Source: Pseudomonas aeruginosa (lineage in GTDB: Bacteria > Pseudomonadota > Gammaproteobacteria > Pseudomonadales > Pseudomonadaceae). Taken from it: 32,000 nt of DNA. Made by a program: the position numbers and the translations under genes. Shown here in pieces: positions 9,194-17,815 of the stretch (its first letter is position 1; every line of letters begins with the position of its first letter). The stretch covers positions 1,290,001 to 1,322,000 of the forward strand of contig NZ_LN831024.1 of the NCBI RefSeq assembly GCF_001457615.1, written 5' to 3'. Under the pieces are notes generated by a model. The model did not search any database. It was not told the DNA's origin and saw nothing but the letters and a program-made list of their open reading frames with translations.

Positions 9194-11029
9194 CTAGTCG
9201 GCGATTTCCGTAGCCTGCGACTTGCTGACTGACGGTTCCGCGTCGATCAGCGACAGCAGCGTCCAGCCGGTGCCCGGCGCCAGCGTGGACTGTGGCGTGG
9301 CGACGTGCATCCTGCCGTTCGGATCGCGGGCGAACAGCAGGATCGCGGACTCGCCGTGCAGCGCCTGGTAGTCGTTCCAGCCGAAGGTGTCGGTGAGCAG
9401 GGTGGTGCGGATTTCGGCGCCGCGCGACAGCAGGCTGGCGAACTGCGCGTAGGTCAGCGGTCGCTGGCCAAGCGGACGGCCACGGTGTTCGTCGCTGGAG
9501 CGGTGCTTGTCGGTACGCTTGGCTTCCTGGCTGGTCGGCAGGCCGAACAGCTGGCGATGGCCGAACTCGTGGCGGAAGCGCATGGCCGCCAGGGTATTCA
9601 GCTCGCCGGCTGGAGAAACCCCCAGCAAATGCCCGATGCCGACCAGGTCGAGGTGGGCTTCGGCGTGCTGCGAGGTGGGATTGCCGAAATAGGTGGGCAG
9701 GTTGTCCATGCGGGCGGCGCGGATGTTTTCCCAGCTCGAATCAGTCAGCAGCACGCGGCTGCCGAGGCTCTTCAGGGCCTTGCCGATGGCGCGCCCGACC
9801 GGATTGGCGCCGACGATCAGGTAGCCGCTGGGCGAGGGCTCGGCGACCTTCAGCAGGCGCGCCAGGGGGCGGGCGGTGGCGCTTTGCAGGACCACCGTGC
9901 CGATGATCACCAGAAAGGTCAGCGGCACCAGCAGCGCCGCCTGGGCATGGCCTTCGGCGCTCAGGCGGATGGCGAAGATCGCCGAGACCGCCGCGGCGAC
10001 GATCCCGCGCGGGGCGATCCAGCTGAGCAGGGCGCGCTCGCGCCAGCTCAGCGGCGAACCCCAGGTCGACAGCGCCACGTTCAGCGGCCGGGCGACGAAC
10101 TGGATCAGCAGCAGCACCAGCAGCGCCGCCGGGCCCAGGCCGAGCAGGGCATTGATGTCCAGGCGCGCGGCCAGGAGGATGAACAGGCCGGAAATCAGCA
10201 GGACGCTGAGGTTTTCCTTGAAGTGCAGGATCTGCCGTACGTCGACGCCCTTCATGTTGGCCAGGCCCATGCCCATCAGGGTGACGGCGAGCAGCCCGGA
10301 TTCGTGCATCACCCGGTTCGAGGCGATGAATACGCCCAGCACCGCGGCCAGCGTCGCCAGGTTGTGCAGGTAGTCCGGCAGCCAGTGGCGGCGCAGGACG
10401 ATGCCCAGCGCCCAGCCGCCGAGGATGCCGAACAGGCTGCCGCAGAGGATCACTCCACCGAAGGTCTGCAGGCTGTGTAGCCAGCCATCGCCTTCGCCGC
10501 TGGAGATGATGAAGCTGTACACCACTACCGCCAGCAGGGCGCCGATGGGATCGATGACGATACCTTCCCAGCGCAGGATGTTCGCCACCGCGGCCTTGGG
10601 CCGGACCACCCGCAGCATCGGAACGATCACCGTGGGCCCGGTGACCAGGGTCAGGGTGCCGAACAGCAGGGCCATTTCCCAGCTGAAGTCGAGCAGGTAG
10701 TGGGCGGCCAGGGCGATCACGCCCCAGGTCGAGAGCGCGCCGATGGTCACCATTCGGTGCACCACGGTGCCGATTTCCTTCCATTCGCTGAAATGCAGGG
10801 TCAGGCTGCCCTCGAAGAGGATCAGCGCCACTGCCAGGGATACCAGTGGGAACAGCAGGGGGCCGAACATCTCGTCCGGATCGAGCCAGCCGAGTAGCGG
10901 GCCGGCGACGATCCCGGACAGCAGCAGGAAAAGAATGGCTGGCAGGCGCAGGCGCCAGGCCAGCCATTGACTGAGCAGGGCGGCGGCACCGATGCCGCCG
11001 AGGGCGAGCAGGATAGCGTTCTGGTCCAT
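9194..11029 (-). CDS. CPA1-family Na+/H+ (cation/proton) antiporter with a C-terminal RCK/TrkA-N-like domain
   Basis: About 12 TM segments of Na_H_exchanger type. The C-terminus has a Rossmann-like YLIVGANPVGRAIGKALKSLGSRVLLTDS. The start is set at the ATG at 11029 (MDQNAILLALGG...), with AAGGA 7 nt upstream. The track ORF extends to 11089. Confidence 0.9.
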   Translation of the reverse strand: MDQNAILLALGGIGAAALLSQWLAWRLRLPAILFLLLSGIVAGPLLGWLDPDEMFGPLLFPLVSLAVALILFEGSLTLHFSEWKEIGTVVHRMVTIGALSTWGVIALAAHYLLDFSWEMALLFGTLTLVTGPTVIVPMLRVVRPKAAVANILRWEGIVIDPIGALLAVVVYSFIISSGEGDGWLHSLQTFGGVILCGSLFGILGGWALGIVLRRHWLPDYLHNLATLAAVLGVFIASNRVMHESGLLAVTLMGMGLANMKGVDVRQILHFKENLSVLLISGLFILLAARLDINALLGLGPAALLVLLLIQFVARPLNVALSTWGSPLSWRERALLSWIAPRGIVAAAVSAIFAIRLSAEGHAQAALLVPLTFLVIIGTVVLQSATARPLARLLKVAEPSPSGYLIVGANPVGRAIGKALKSLGSRVLLTDSSWENIRAARMDNLPTYFGNPTSQHAEAHLDLVGIGHLLGVSPAGELNTLAAMRFRHEFGHRQLFGLPTSQEAKRTDKHRSSDEHRGRPLGQRPLTYAQFASLLSRGAEIRTTLLTDTFGWNDYQALHGESAILLFARDPNGRMHVATPQSTLAPGTGWTLLSLIDAEPSVSKSQATEIAD

Positions 11030-11243
11030 CGAGGATTCCTTGTCAGCGTCGCTCCGCTCGTCCTGAGCCGGGGCGAACCATCGAGCCACATGGCTCCGCT
11101 TTTTCCCGCGGGCACGGGAAGCCGGCCGACCTCCTGTCGACCGGCCTGACTAACCATTACGTGGCGATGACGGCCAACGCTCGCGATAGCGCCCAGGCTA
11201 TGAAAGACTAGCCGCGCTTTCATTTGGTTCGCAGCCTTCATCC

Positions 11244-12140
11244 ATGAGTACCCTCGAACATCCCCTGATCGACCGTTTCCTCGATGCCCTGTGGCTGGAA
11301 AAAGGCCTTGCCGACAACACCCGCGAGGCTTATCGCAACGACCTCCAGCAGTTCAACGCCTGGCTCGATGGCCGCGGGTTGCGCCTGGAGGGCATCGGCC
11401 GCGACGCCATCCTCGATCACCTGGCCTGGCGCCTGGAACAGGGCTACAAGGCCCGCTCGACCGCGCGCTTCCTCTCCGGCCTGCGTGGCTTCTATCGCTA
11501 TTGCCTGCGCGACGGCCTGATCGCCGAGGATCCCACCTTGCAGGTGGACCTGCCGCAACTGGGCAAGCCGTTGCCGAAATCCCTCTCCGAAGCGGACGTC
11601 GAGGCATTGCTGGCGGCGCCGGAAGTCGACGACCCGCTGGGCCTGCGCGATCGCACCATGCTCGAAGTGCTGTATGCCTGCGGCCTGCGGGTCAGCGAAC
11701 TGGTCGGCCTGACCCTGGAGCAGGTCAACCTGCGCCAGGGCGTGGTCAAGGTGTTCGGCAAGGGCAGCAAGGAGCGCCTGGTGCCGCTCGGCGAGGAAGC
11801 CATCGGCTGGCTCGAACGCTACCTGCGCGAGGCCCGCGGCGACCTGCTTGGCGGGCGACCCAGCGACGTGCTGTTCCCCAGCCTGCGCGGCGAACAGATG
11901 ACCCGCCAGACCTTCTGGCATCGCATCAAGCATCACGCGCAGGTGGCGGCGATCGGCACGTCGATTTCGCCGCACACCCTGCGCCACGCCTTCGCCACCC
12001 ACCTGCTCAACCATGGCGCCGACCTGCGGGTGGTGCAGATGCTGCTCGGCCACAGCGACCTGTCGACCACCCAGATCTATACCCATATCGCCCGGGCCCG
12101 CCTCCAGGATCTGCACGCACGCCACCACCCGCGAGGCTGA
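11244..12140 (+). CDS. xerD: Site-specific tyrosine recombinase XerD
   Basis: It aligns along its full length, by eye, with my recollection of E. coli XerD: ...FLDALWLEKGLADNT.EAYR.DL..., LRDRTMLEVLYACGLRVSELVGL, HTLRHAFATHLLNHGADLRVVQMLLGHSDLSTTQIYTH. It sits next to dsbC as in enterobacteria. Confidence 0.95.
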   Translation: MSTLEHPLIDRFLDALWLEKGLADNTREAYRNDLQQFNAWLDGRGLRLEGIGRDAILDHLAWRLEQGYKARSTARFLSGLRGFYRYCLRDGLIAEDPTLQVDLPQLGKPLPKSLSEADVEALLAAPEVDDPLGLRDRTMLEVLYACGLRVSELVGLTLEQVNLRQGVVKVFGKGSKERLVPLGEEAIGWLERYLREARGDLLGGRPSDVLFPSLRGEQMTRQTFWHRIKHHAQVAAIGTSISPHTLRHAFATHLLNHGADLRVVQMLLGHSDLSTTQIYTHIARARLQDLHARHHPRG

Positions 12141-12266
12141 CGCTTTGTCCGAAAAATCCGTACCTACCCGAAAAGAGGCGCTTTCGTAGCGTTCTGCGAC
12201 AAGCGTCGGGCCCGTCGGGATAGCGGTCTATGGTAGGCTTCGCCGATCGCACGACAGGAGTGACAC

Positions 12267-12995
12267 ATGCGCGTGACCCGTTTTCTGGCTGCTGCCGCCC
12301 TCGGCCTGATGAGTACCCTGGCCCTGGCAGACAATGCCGATCAGAACATCCGCAAGACCCTGCAGGCCCTGCAACCGGACCTGCCCATCGACTCCATCGC
12401 CAGCAGCCCGCTGCAGGGGCTCTACCAGGTGCAGCTGAAGGGCGGCCGGGTGCTCTACGCCAGCGCCGACGGCCAGTTCGTCATGCAGGGCTACCTCTAC
12501 CAGGTGAAGGACGGCAAGCCGGTCAACCTGACCGAGAAGGCCGAGAGCCAGGCGATCGCCAAGGCGATCAACGGCGTGCCCGCCAGCGAGATGGTGGTGT
12601 ATCCGGCCAAGGGCCAGGCCAAGGCGCACATCACGGTGTTCACCGATACCACCTGCCCGTACTGCCAGAAGCTGCATGCCGAGGTGCCGGACCTGACCGA
12701 GCAGGGGATCGAGGTGCGCTACATGGCGTTCCCGCGCCAGGGGCCGCAGTCGGCGGGCGACAAGCAACTGCAGGCGGTCTGGTGTGCGAAGGAGCCGACC
12801 AAGGCGATGGACGCCATGATGAACGGCAAGGAGATCAAGTCTTCCGAGTGCAAGAACCCGGTAGACAAGCAGTTCCAGATGGGCCAGATGGTTGGGGTGC
12901 AGGGAACGCCGGCGATCGTCCTCGCCAATGGCCAGTTGCTCCCCGGCTACCAGCCGGCCAAGCAGTTGGCCAAGCTGGCGCTGGAGGCCAAATAG
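12267..12995 (+). CDS. dsbC: Periplasmic thiol:disulfide interchange protein DsbC
   Basis: Signal peptide (MRVTRFLAAAALGLMSTLALA), an N-terminal dimerisation domain, and a thioredoxin fold with CPYC (FTDTTCPYCQKLH) and GTPAIV. CAGGAG lies upstream. Confidence 0.93.
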   Translation: MRVTRFLAAAALGLMSTLALADNADQNIRKTLQALQPDLPIDSIASSPLQGLYQVQLKGGRVLYASADGQFVMQGYLYQVKDGKPVNLTEKAESQAIAKAINGVPASEMVVYPAKGQAKAHITVFTDTTCPYCQKLHAEVPDLTEQGIEVRYMAFPRQGPQSAGDKQLQAVWCAKEPTKAMDAMMNGKEIKSSECKNPVDKQFQMGQMVGVQGTPAIVLANGQLLPGYQPAKQLAKLALEAK

Positions 12996-13023
12996 CGCCG
13001 GGTCTGCCGAACAATTGACTAAT

Positions 13024-13059
13024 AAAGAGCCGCTTCGTAATGTGCGGCTCTTTTGTTTT
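13024..13059 (+). terminator. Rho-independent terminator after dsbC
   Basis: AAAGAGCCGC-TTCGTAATGT-GCGGCTCTTT followed by TGTTTT. The stem is 10 bp. Confidence 0.8.
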
Positions 13060-13208
13060 CATCATTGGCGATTTCCGCCGCCCGCTGGCGGAATCCATCG
13101 CCAGGATGTGTCGTGGCCCGTACAGTGGTCGCGTCAACCTCGATTCGCTCGGGGAACCATAGCAGGCCGGCGCGTCCGGCCGTCGTAGGTGAGATGGGGA
13201 GTTCCAGC

Positions 13209-14513
13209 GTGAAACCGGTCAAAGTAGGCATCTGTGGGTTGGGGACCGTCGGTGGCGGTACCTTCAATGTACTCGAACGCAACGCCGAGGAGATTGCCCG
13301 CCGTGCCGGGCGCGGTATCGAGGTTGCGCAGATCGCCGCCCGCCGGCCGAACCCGAAGTGCGATACCGGTGCGACCCCCATCACCGCCGATATCTTCGAC
13401 GTAGCGTGCAATCCCGAGATCGACGTGGTCGTCGAGTTGATCGGCGGCTACACCCTGGCCCACGAGCTGGTGCTCAAGGCCATCGAGAACGGCAAGCACG
13501 TGGTCACCGCGAACAAGGCGCTGATCGCCGTGCACGGCAACGAGATCTTCGCCAAGGCTCGCGAGAAGGGCGTGATCGTCGCCTTCGAGGCCGCTGTCGC
13601 CGGCGGCATCCCGGTGATCAAGGCGATCCGCGAGGGGCTGTCGGCCAACCGCATCAACTGGCTGGCCGGGATCATCAACGGTACCGGCAACTTCATCCTC
13701 AGCGAAATGCGCGAGAAGGGCCGTACCTTCCCCGACGTGCTCGCCGAGGCCCAGGCCCTGGGCTATGCCGAGGCCGACCCGACCTTCGACGTGGAAGGCA
13801 TCGACGCCGCCCACAAGCTGACCATCCTCGCCTCGATCGCCTTCGGCATTCCGCTGCAGTTCGACAAGGCCTACACCGAAGGCATCTCGAAGCTGACCAG
13901 CGCCGACGTCAACTACGCCGACGCCCTCGGCTATCGCATCAAGCACCTGGGCGTGGCGCGTCGCACCGAGAGCGGCTTCGAGCTGCGCGTGCACCCGACC
14001 CTGATTCCCTCGGATCGCCTGATCGCCAACGTCAACGGCGTGATGAACGCGGTGATGGTCAACGGCGACGCCGTCGGCTCGACCCTCTACTACGGCGCCG
14101 GTGCCGGCATGGAGCCGACCGCTTCCTCGGTGGTGGCCGACCTCGTCGACGTGGTCCGCGCCATGACCTCCGATCCGGAGAACCGCGTACCGCACCTGGC
14201 GTTCCAGCCGGACGCGCTGTCCGACCACCCGATCCTGCCGATCGAAGCCTGCGAAAGCGCCTACTACCTGCGCATCCAGGCCAAGGACCACCCGGGCGTA
14301 CTGGCCCAGGTGGCCACCATCCTGTCCGAGCGCGGCATCAACATCGAATCGATCATGCAGAAGGAGGCCGAGGAACAGGACGGCCTGGTGCCGATGATCC
14401 TGGTTACCCACCGGGTCATCGAACAACGCATCAACGATGCCATCGCCGCCCTGGAAGCGCTGGAAGGCGTGTCCGGGCCGGTGGTCCGTATCCGTGTCGA
14501 ACAACTGAATTGA
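13209..14513 (+). CDS. hom: Homoserine dehydrogenase
   Basis: (V/M)KPVKVGICGLGTVGGGTF (NAD-binding site), a central catalytic domain and a C-terminal ACT domain (YYLRIQAKDHPGVLAQVATILSERGINIESI). GTG at 13209 is preceded by GGGGAG with a 7-nt spacing. An alternative ATG lies at 13194. The track ORF from 13053 overlaps the dsbC terminator and is too long. Confidence 0.93.
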   Translation: MKPVKVGICGLGTVGGGTFNVLERNAEEIARRAGRGIEVAQIAARRPNPKCDTGATPITADIFDVACNPEIDVVVELIGGYTLAHELVLKAIENGKHVVTANKALIAVHGNEIFAKAREKGVIVAFEAAVAGGIPVIKAIREGLSANRINWLAGIINGTGNFILSEMREKGRTFPDVLAEAQALGYAEADPTFDVEGIDAAHKLTILASIAFGIPLQFDKAYTEGISKLTSADVNYADALGYRIKHLGVARRTESGFELRVHPTLIPSDRLIANVNGVMNAVMVNGDAVGSTLYYGAGAGMEPTASSVVADLVDVVRAMTSDPENRVPHLAFQPDALSDHPILPIEACESAYYLRIQAKDHPGVLAQVATILSERGINIESIMQKEAEEQDGLVPMILVTHRVIEQRINDAIAALEALEGVSGPVVRIRVEQLN

Positions 14514-14565
14514 TCGAACGCCGGGCGCCGCTCGCGGGCCCGCGTCAACAGCGAAGGTTTTGAAC

Positions 14566-15975
14566 ATGCGTTACATCAGCACCCGCGGCCAAGCGCCCGC
14601 CCTGAACTTCGAAGATGTCCTCCTCGCCGGCCTGGCCAGCGACGGCGGCCTCTACGTCCCGGAAAACCTGCCACGCTTCACCCTCGAGGAGATCGCCTCC
14701 TGGGTCGGCCTGCCCTACCACGAGCTGGCCTTCCGGGTGATGCGCCCGTTCGTCGCCGGCAGCATCGCCGATGCCGACTTCAAGAAGATCCTCGAGGAAA
14801 CCTATGGCGTCTTCGCCCATGACGCAGTGGCGCCGCTGCGCCAGTTGAACGGCAACGAATGGGTGCTGGAGCTGTTCCACGGCCCGACCCTGGCCTTCAA
14901 GGACTTCGCCCTGCAACTGCTCGGCCGCCTGCTCGACCATGTGCTGGCCAAGCGCGGCGAGCGCGTGGTGATCATGGGGGCCACCTCCGGCGATACCGGC
15001 TCCGCGGCCATCGAAGGCTGCCGCCGTTGCGACAACGTCGACATCTTCATCATGCACCCGCACAACCGCGTGTCCGAGGTGCAGCGCCGGCAGATGACCA
15101 CCATCCTCGGCGACAACATCCACAACATCGCCATCGAAGGCAACTTCGACGACTGCCAGGAGATGGTCAAGGCCAGCTTCGCCGACCAGGGCTTCCTCAA
15201 GGGTACCCGCCTGGTAGCGGTGAACTCGATCAACTGGGCGCGGATCATGGCCCAGATCGTCTACTACTTCCATGCCGCGCTGCAGCTCGGCGCGCCGCAT
15301 CGCTCGGTGGCGTTCTCGGTGCCGACCGGCAACTTCGGCGACATCTTCGCCGGCTACCTGGCGCGCAACATGGGTCTGCCGGTCAGCCAACTGATCGTCG
15401 CGACCAACCGCAACGACATCCTGCACCGCTTCATGAGCGGTAATCGCTACGACAAGGACACCCTGCATCCCTCGCTGTCGCCGTCGATGGATATCATGGT
15501 CTCGTCCAACTTCGAACGCCTGCTGTTCGACCTGCACGGCCGCAACGGCAAGGCCGTCGCCGAACTGCTGGATGCCTTCAAGGCCAGCGGCAAGCTGTCG
15601 GTGGAAGACCAGCGCTGGACCGAGGCGCGCAAGCTGTTCGACTCCCTGGCGGTCAGCGACGAGCAGACCTGCGAGACCATCGCCGAGGTATACCGCTCCT
15701 GTGGCGAGTTGCTCGACCCGCACACCGCCATTGGCGTGCGTGCCGCCCGCGAATGCCGGCGCAGCCTGAGCGTGCCGATGGTGACCCTGGGCACTGCGCA
15801 TCCGGTCAAGTTCCCCGAAGCGGTGGAGAAGGCCGGCATCGGCCAGGCGCCGGCGCTGCCTGCGCACCTCGCCGACCTGTTCGAGCGCGAGGAGCGCTGC
15901 ACCGTATTGCCGAACGAGCTGGCCAAGGTACAGGCCTTCGTCAGCCAGCACGGCAATCGCGGCAAGCCGCTCTGA
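14566..15975 (+). CDS. thrC: Threonine synthase
   Basis: MRYISTRGQAPALNFEDVLLAGLASDGGLYVP..., the PLP lysine context HGPTLAFKDFALQ, and ATSGDTGSAA. The ATG at 14566 follows GAAGG. The track start at 14560 is a TTG. Confidence 0.95.
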   Translation: MRYISTRGQAPALNFEDVLLAGLASDGGLYVPENLPRFTLEEIASWVGLPYHELAFRVMRPFVAGSIADADFKKILEETYGVFAHDAVAPLRQLNGNEWVLELFHGPTLAFKDFALQLLGRLLDHVLAKRGERVVIMGATSGDTGSAAIEGCRRCDNVDIFIMHPHNRVSEVQRRQMTTILGDNIHNIAIEGNFDDCQEMVKASFADQGFLKGTRLVAVNSINWARIMAQIVYYFHAALQLGAPHRSVAFSVPTGNFGDIFAGYLARNMGLPVSQLIVATNRNDILHRFMSGNRYDKDTLHPSLSPSMDIMVSSNFERLLFDLHGRNGKAVAELLDAFKASGKLSVEDQRWTEARKLFDSLAVSDEQTCETIAEVYRSCGELLDPHTAIGVRAARECRRSLSVPMVTLGTAHPVKFPEAVEKAGIGQAPALPAHLADLFEREERCTVLPNELAKVQAFVSQHGNRGKPL

Positions 15976-15992
15976 GCCTGTCGTGAAAGGAA

Positions 15993-16019
15993 GAAGCCCG
16001 CCTTGATGGCGGGCTTTTT
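15993..16019. terminator. Bidirectional terminator between thrC and the convergent hydrolase gene
   Basis: GAAGCCCGCC-TTGAT-GGCGGGCTTTTTC. A 9-bp GC-rich stem has a T-run on the + strand and an A-rich 5' flank that serves the minus strand. Confidence 0.75.
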
Positions 16020-16028
16020 CATGTCTTC

Positions 16029-17039
16029 TCAAAGGGCAGCGGCGAGTTTGTTGCGCGAGGGGCGGAGCAGCCTCAGTGGATCGTTGAACTGGATGTCGCT
16101 GGCCAGCTTGTAGTAGCGCCCGACGAAATAGTCGCGGGCCTGGGCATCGTTCTTTCCCTGGTACAGCACCCAGGCGACGCTGATGCCGGCGAACTCGTTG
16201 TACTCGATCTGTCGCAGCGGGCTGAAGTGGGTCGCCGTGGTGGCCGTGGCGCCCCAGGCGGGCACGTCGCGGATCAACGGGCCCTGCCAGAGGATCGGCC
16301 AACTGAGCGGCGGCACGACCACATCGGCCAGTCCGGTCAGCAGCAGGGTCGGGGTCTTTACCGTGGAACCGATGGCCAGGGGGCCTGGCTCGATCGGCAG
16401 GGCGCCGACCAGCTTCAACCGTGGCTCGATGAGTTGCAGGGCTTGTGCAGAGAGGCTGGCGCTCTGCAGTGTGGCCTGGCCGCCGGCGGAGTGCCCGGCG
16501 ACCAGCGTCCGGGAAAAGTCCGCCCGGCCATGCAGGGCCGAGGCCGGGTCCCTGTCCAGTTTCGCGACCTCAAGGATGCCGAGGGCGTGCATCAGCGGGA
16601 AGGAATTGATGAAGTCGGAGGAGATCACCACGATGAAGTCGTGGCTGGCCCACAGTTTCATCAGTTCGTGATAGTTGCCGGCGTTGGAAAGTATGCCGCC
16701 GACGAAAGTGATGACCGGAAGCTTGGCGTCGGACGCGGCGATGTCCGCCGGATAGTAGATGCTGGTACTGATCGGGCTGGCGAAGCCATAGGGGAAAGCC
16801 TCGTTGCAGCGGATCGAGCCGTCCAGCAGGACGATCCTGGCGATGGTCCCGACGAAGCCACGACAATCGGCGAGCACGGCGGTGCTGGCGATCTCGGTGT
16901 CGGCGACCGGACGCGCGTACTGGTCGTTGGCCAGGCCGACGGCGCCGAACAGCAGCGAGCCCTGTGCCGTGCCGGCGGCGAATGCCAGCGCGAGGATGAA
17001 GGCGCGCCAGGCGCCGCGGGGGGATGCGAAGGCAGTCAT
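16029..17039 (-). CDS. Secreted alpha/beta-fold hydrolase (lipase/esterase-like)
   Basis: Start set at the ATG at 17039 (GAGGA upstream). This gives a signal peptide MTAFASPRGAWRAFILALAFAAGTAQG and a nucleophile elbow G-H-S-A-G (LVAGHSAGGQ). The track ORF (to 17234) adds an unlikely 65-aa leader. Confidence 0.85.
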   Translation of the reverse strand: MTAFASPRGAWRAFILALAFAAGTAQGSLLFGAVGLANDQYARPVADTEIASTAVLADCRGFVGTIARIVLLDGSIRCNEAFPYGFASPISTSIYYPADIAASDAKLPVITFVGGILSNAGNYHELMKLWASHDFIVVISSDFINSFPLMHALGILEVAKLDRDPASALHGRADFSRTLVAGHSAGGQATLQSASLSAQALQLIEPRLKLVGALPIEPGPLAIGSTVKTPTLLLTGLADVVVPPLSWPILWQGPLIRDVPAWGATATTATHFSPLRQIEYNEFAGISVAWVLYQGKNDAQARDYFVGRYYKLASDIQFNDPLRLLRPSRNKLAAAL

Positions 17040-17346
17040 GAGATCCTCGCTGTTCGATGCGCAGGGGGAAGTCTCGTTGTTACTGCCTGACGGACGCGCC
17101 GGATACTGCAATTTCAAGCAGGTGAAGGCGTTGCGCGAGGGTGGGATGGTTGGAGTTTTTCCCGGTGCTTCCCTTATAGCGGGCTGATCGTTGCGTTGGC
17201 CTGGTTCGGCTCGAATGGCTATTTGCGCCGGCACGTGGCCTTTCGCCAGATGCTGCCGTTAGTCCGGTAAATGCTTGCATCGACGAACCCTATTCGCGTT
17301 TTTTCGGTCTTTGACGAGTCTTATTCGTCGAAACAGGAGACCTGAT

Positions 17347-17631
17347 TTGGACAGCCTGAAGCAACGACTGGCCGATGCCTTCGCTCCCCATCCCTTCACC
17401 CTCAGCCAGCCCCGGCCCGATGGCGGACGGGTGGTCACGCTGGTCGATCCGCAGGGGGAAACCCTGTTGCAGCGGGTCATCGCCAAGGTGCAGTTGAACG
17501 ACGAAAGCTATCTCGAGGATGCCGTGCAGACCATTCGCCGGGAATTGCAGGTGCTGGTCGGGCGGATGGAGGAAGACGTGCTGGCGACCTTCCGCGAGCG
17601 GGATCACGTGCTGCTGTATTCGTCGCGCTAG
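17347..17631 (+). CDS. Hypothetical small protein (94 aa), TTG start
   Basis: AGGAGA (17335-17340) lies 6 nt upstream of TTG 17347. Third codon positions are G/C-rich throughout. I recognise no family. The track's ATG at 17275 lacks an SD and adds a Phe/Arg-rich leader. Confidence 0.5.
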   Translation: MDSLKQRLADAFAPHPFTLSQPRPDGGRVVTLVDPQGETLLQRVIAKVQLNDESYLEDAVQTIRRELQVLVGRMEEDVLATFRERDHVLLYSSR

Positions 17632-17741
17632 CACCGTCTCGTTCGAGGGCGCGTTGCGCATCGGGCGGTCAGGCCGAAGGCGCGCGCCGGTGCAGCGGCT
17701 CTTGCCGGATGGCGCCATGCTCGTGGAAGCGTGCGGATAAC

Positions 17742-17772
17742 CCCCTCTCCCTGGCTGGATAGGGGAGAGGGG
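17742..17772. repeat. GC-rich intergenic hairpin (REP-like or terminator-like) between convergent genes
   Basis: CCCCTCTCCC (17742-17751) and GGGAGAGGGG (17763-17772) form a 10-bp perfect inverted repeat with an 11-nt loop. There is no flanking T-run. Confidence 0.4.
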
Positions 17773-17815
17773 CCGCCCTGTCCGCGGAGCACCGATGAAG
17801 GGCTCCGCGTACCGT

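Noticed and set aside
11244-12140. Tyrosine recombinase as a possible marker of a prophage or integrative element
   Set aside because: The sequence is collinear with chromosomal XerD and sits in the conserved xerD-dsbC arrangement. There is no adjacent excisionase, att-like repeat, tRNA or phage gene.
14545-16302. 585-aa minus-strand ORF across thrC and into the hydrolase gene
   Set aside because: It is antisense to thrC, crosses the bidirectional terminator at 15993-16019, and has no recognisable domain.
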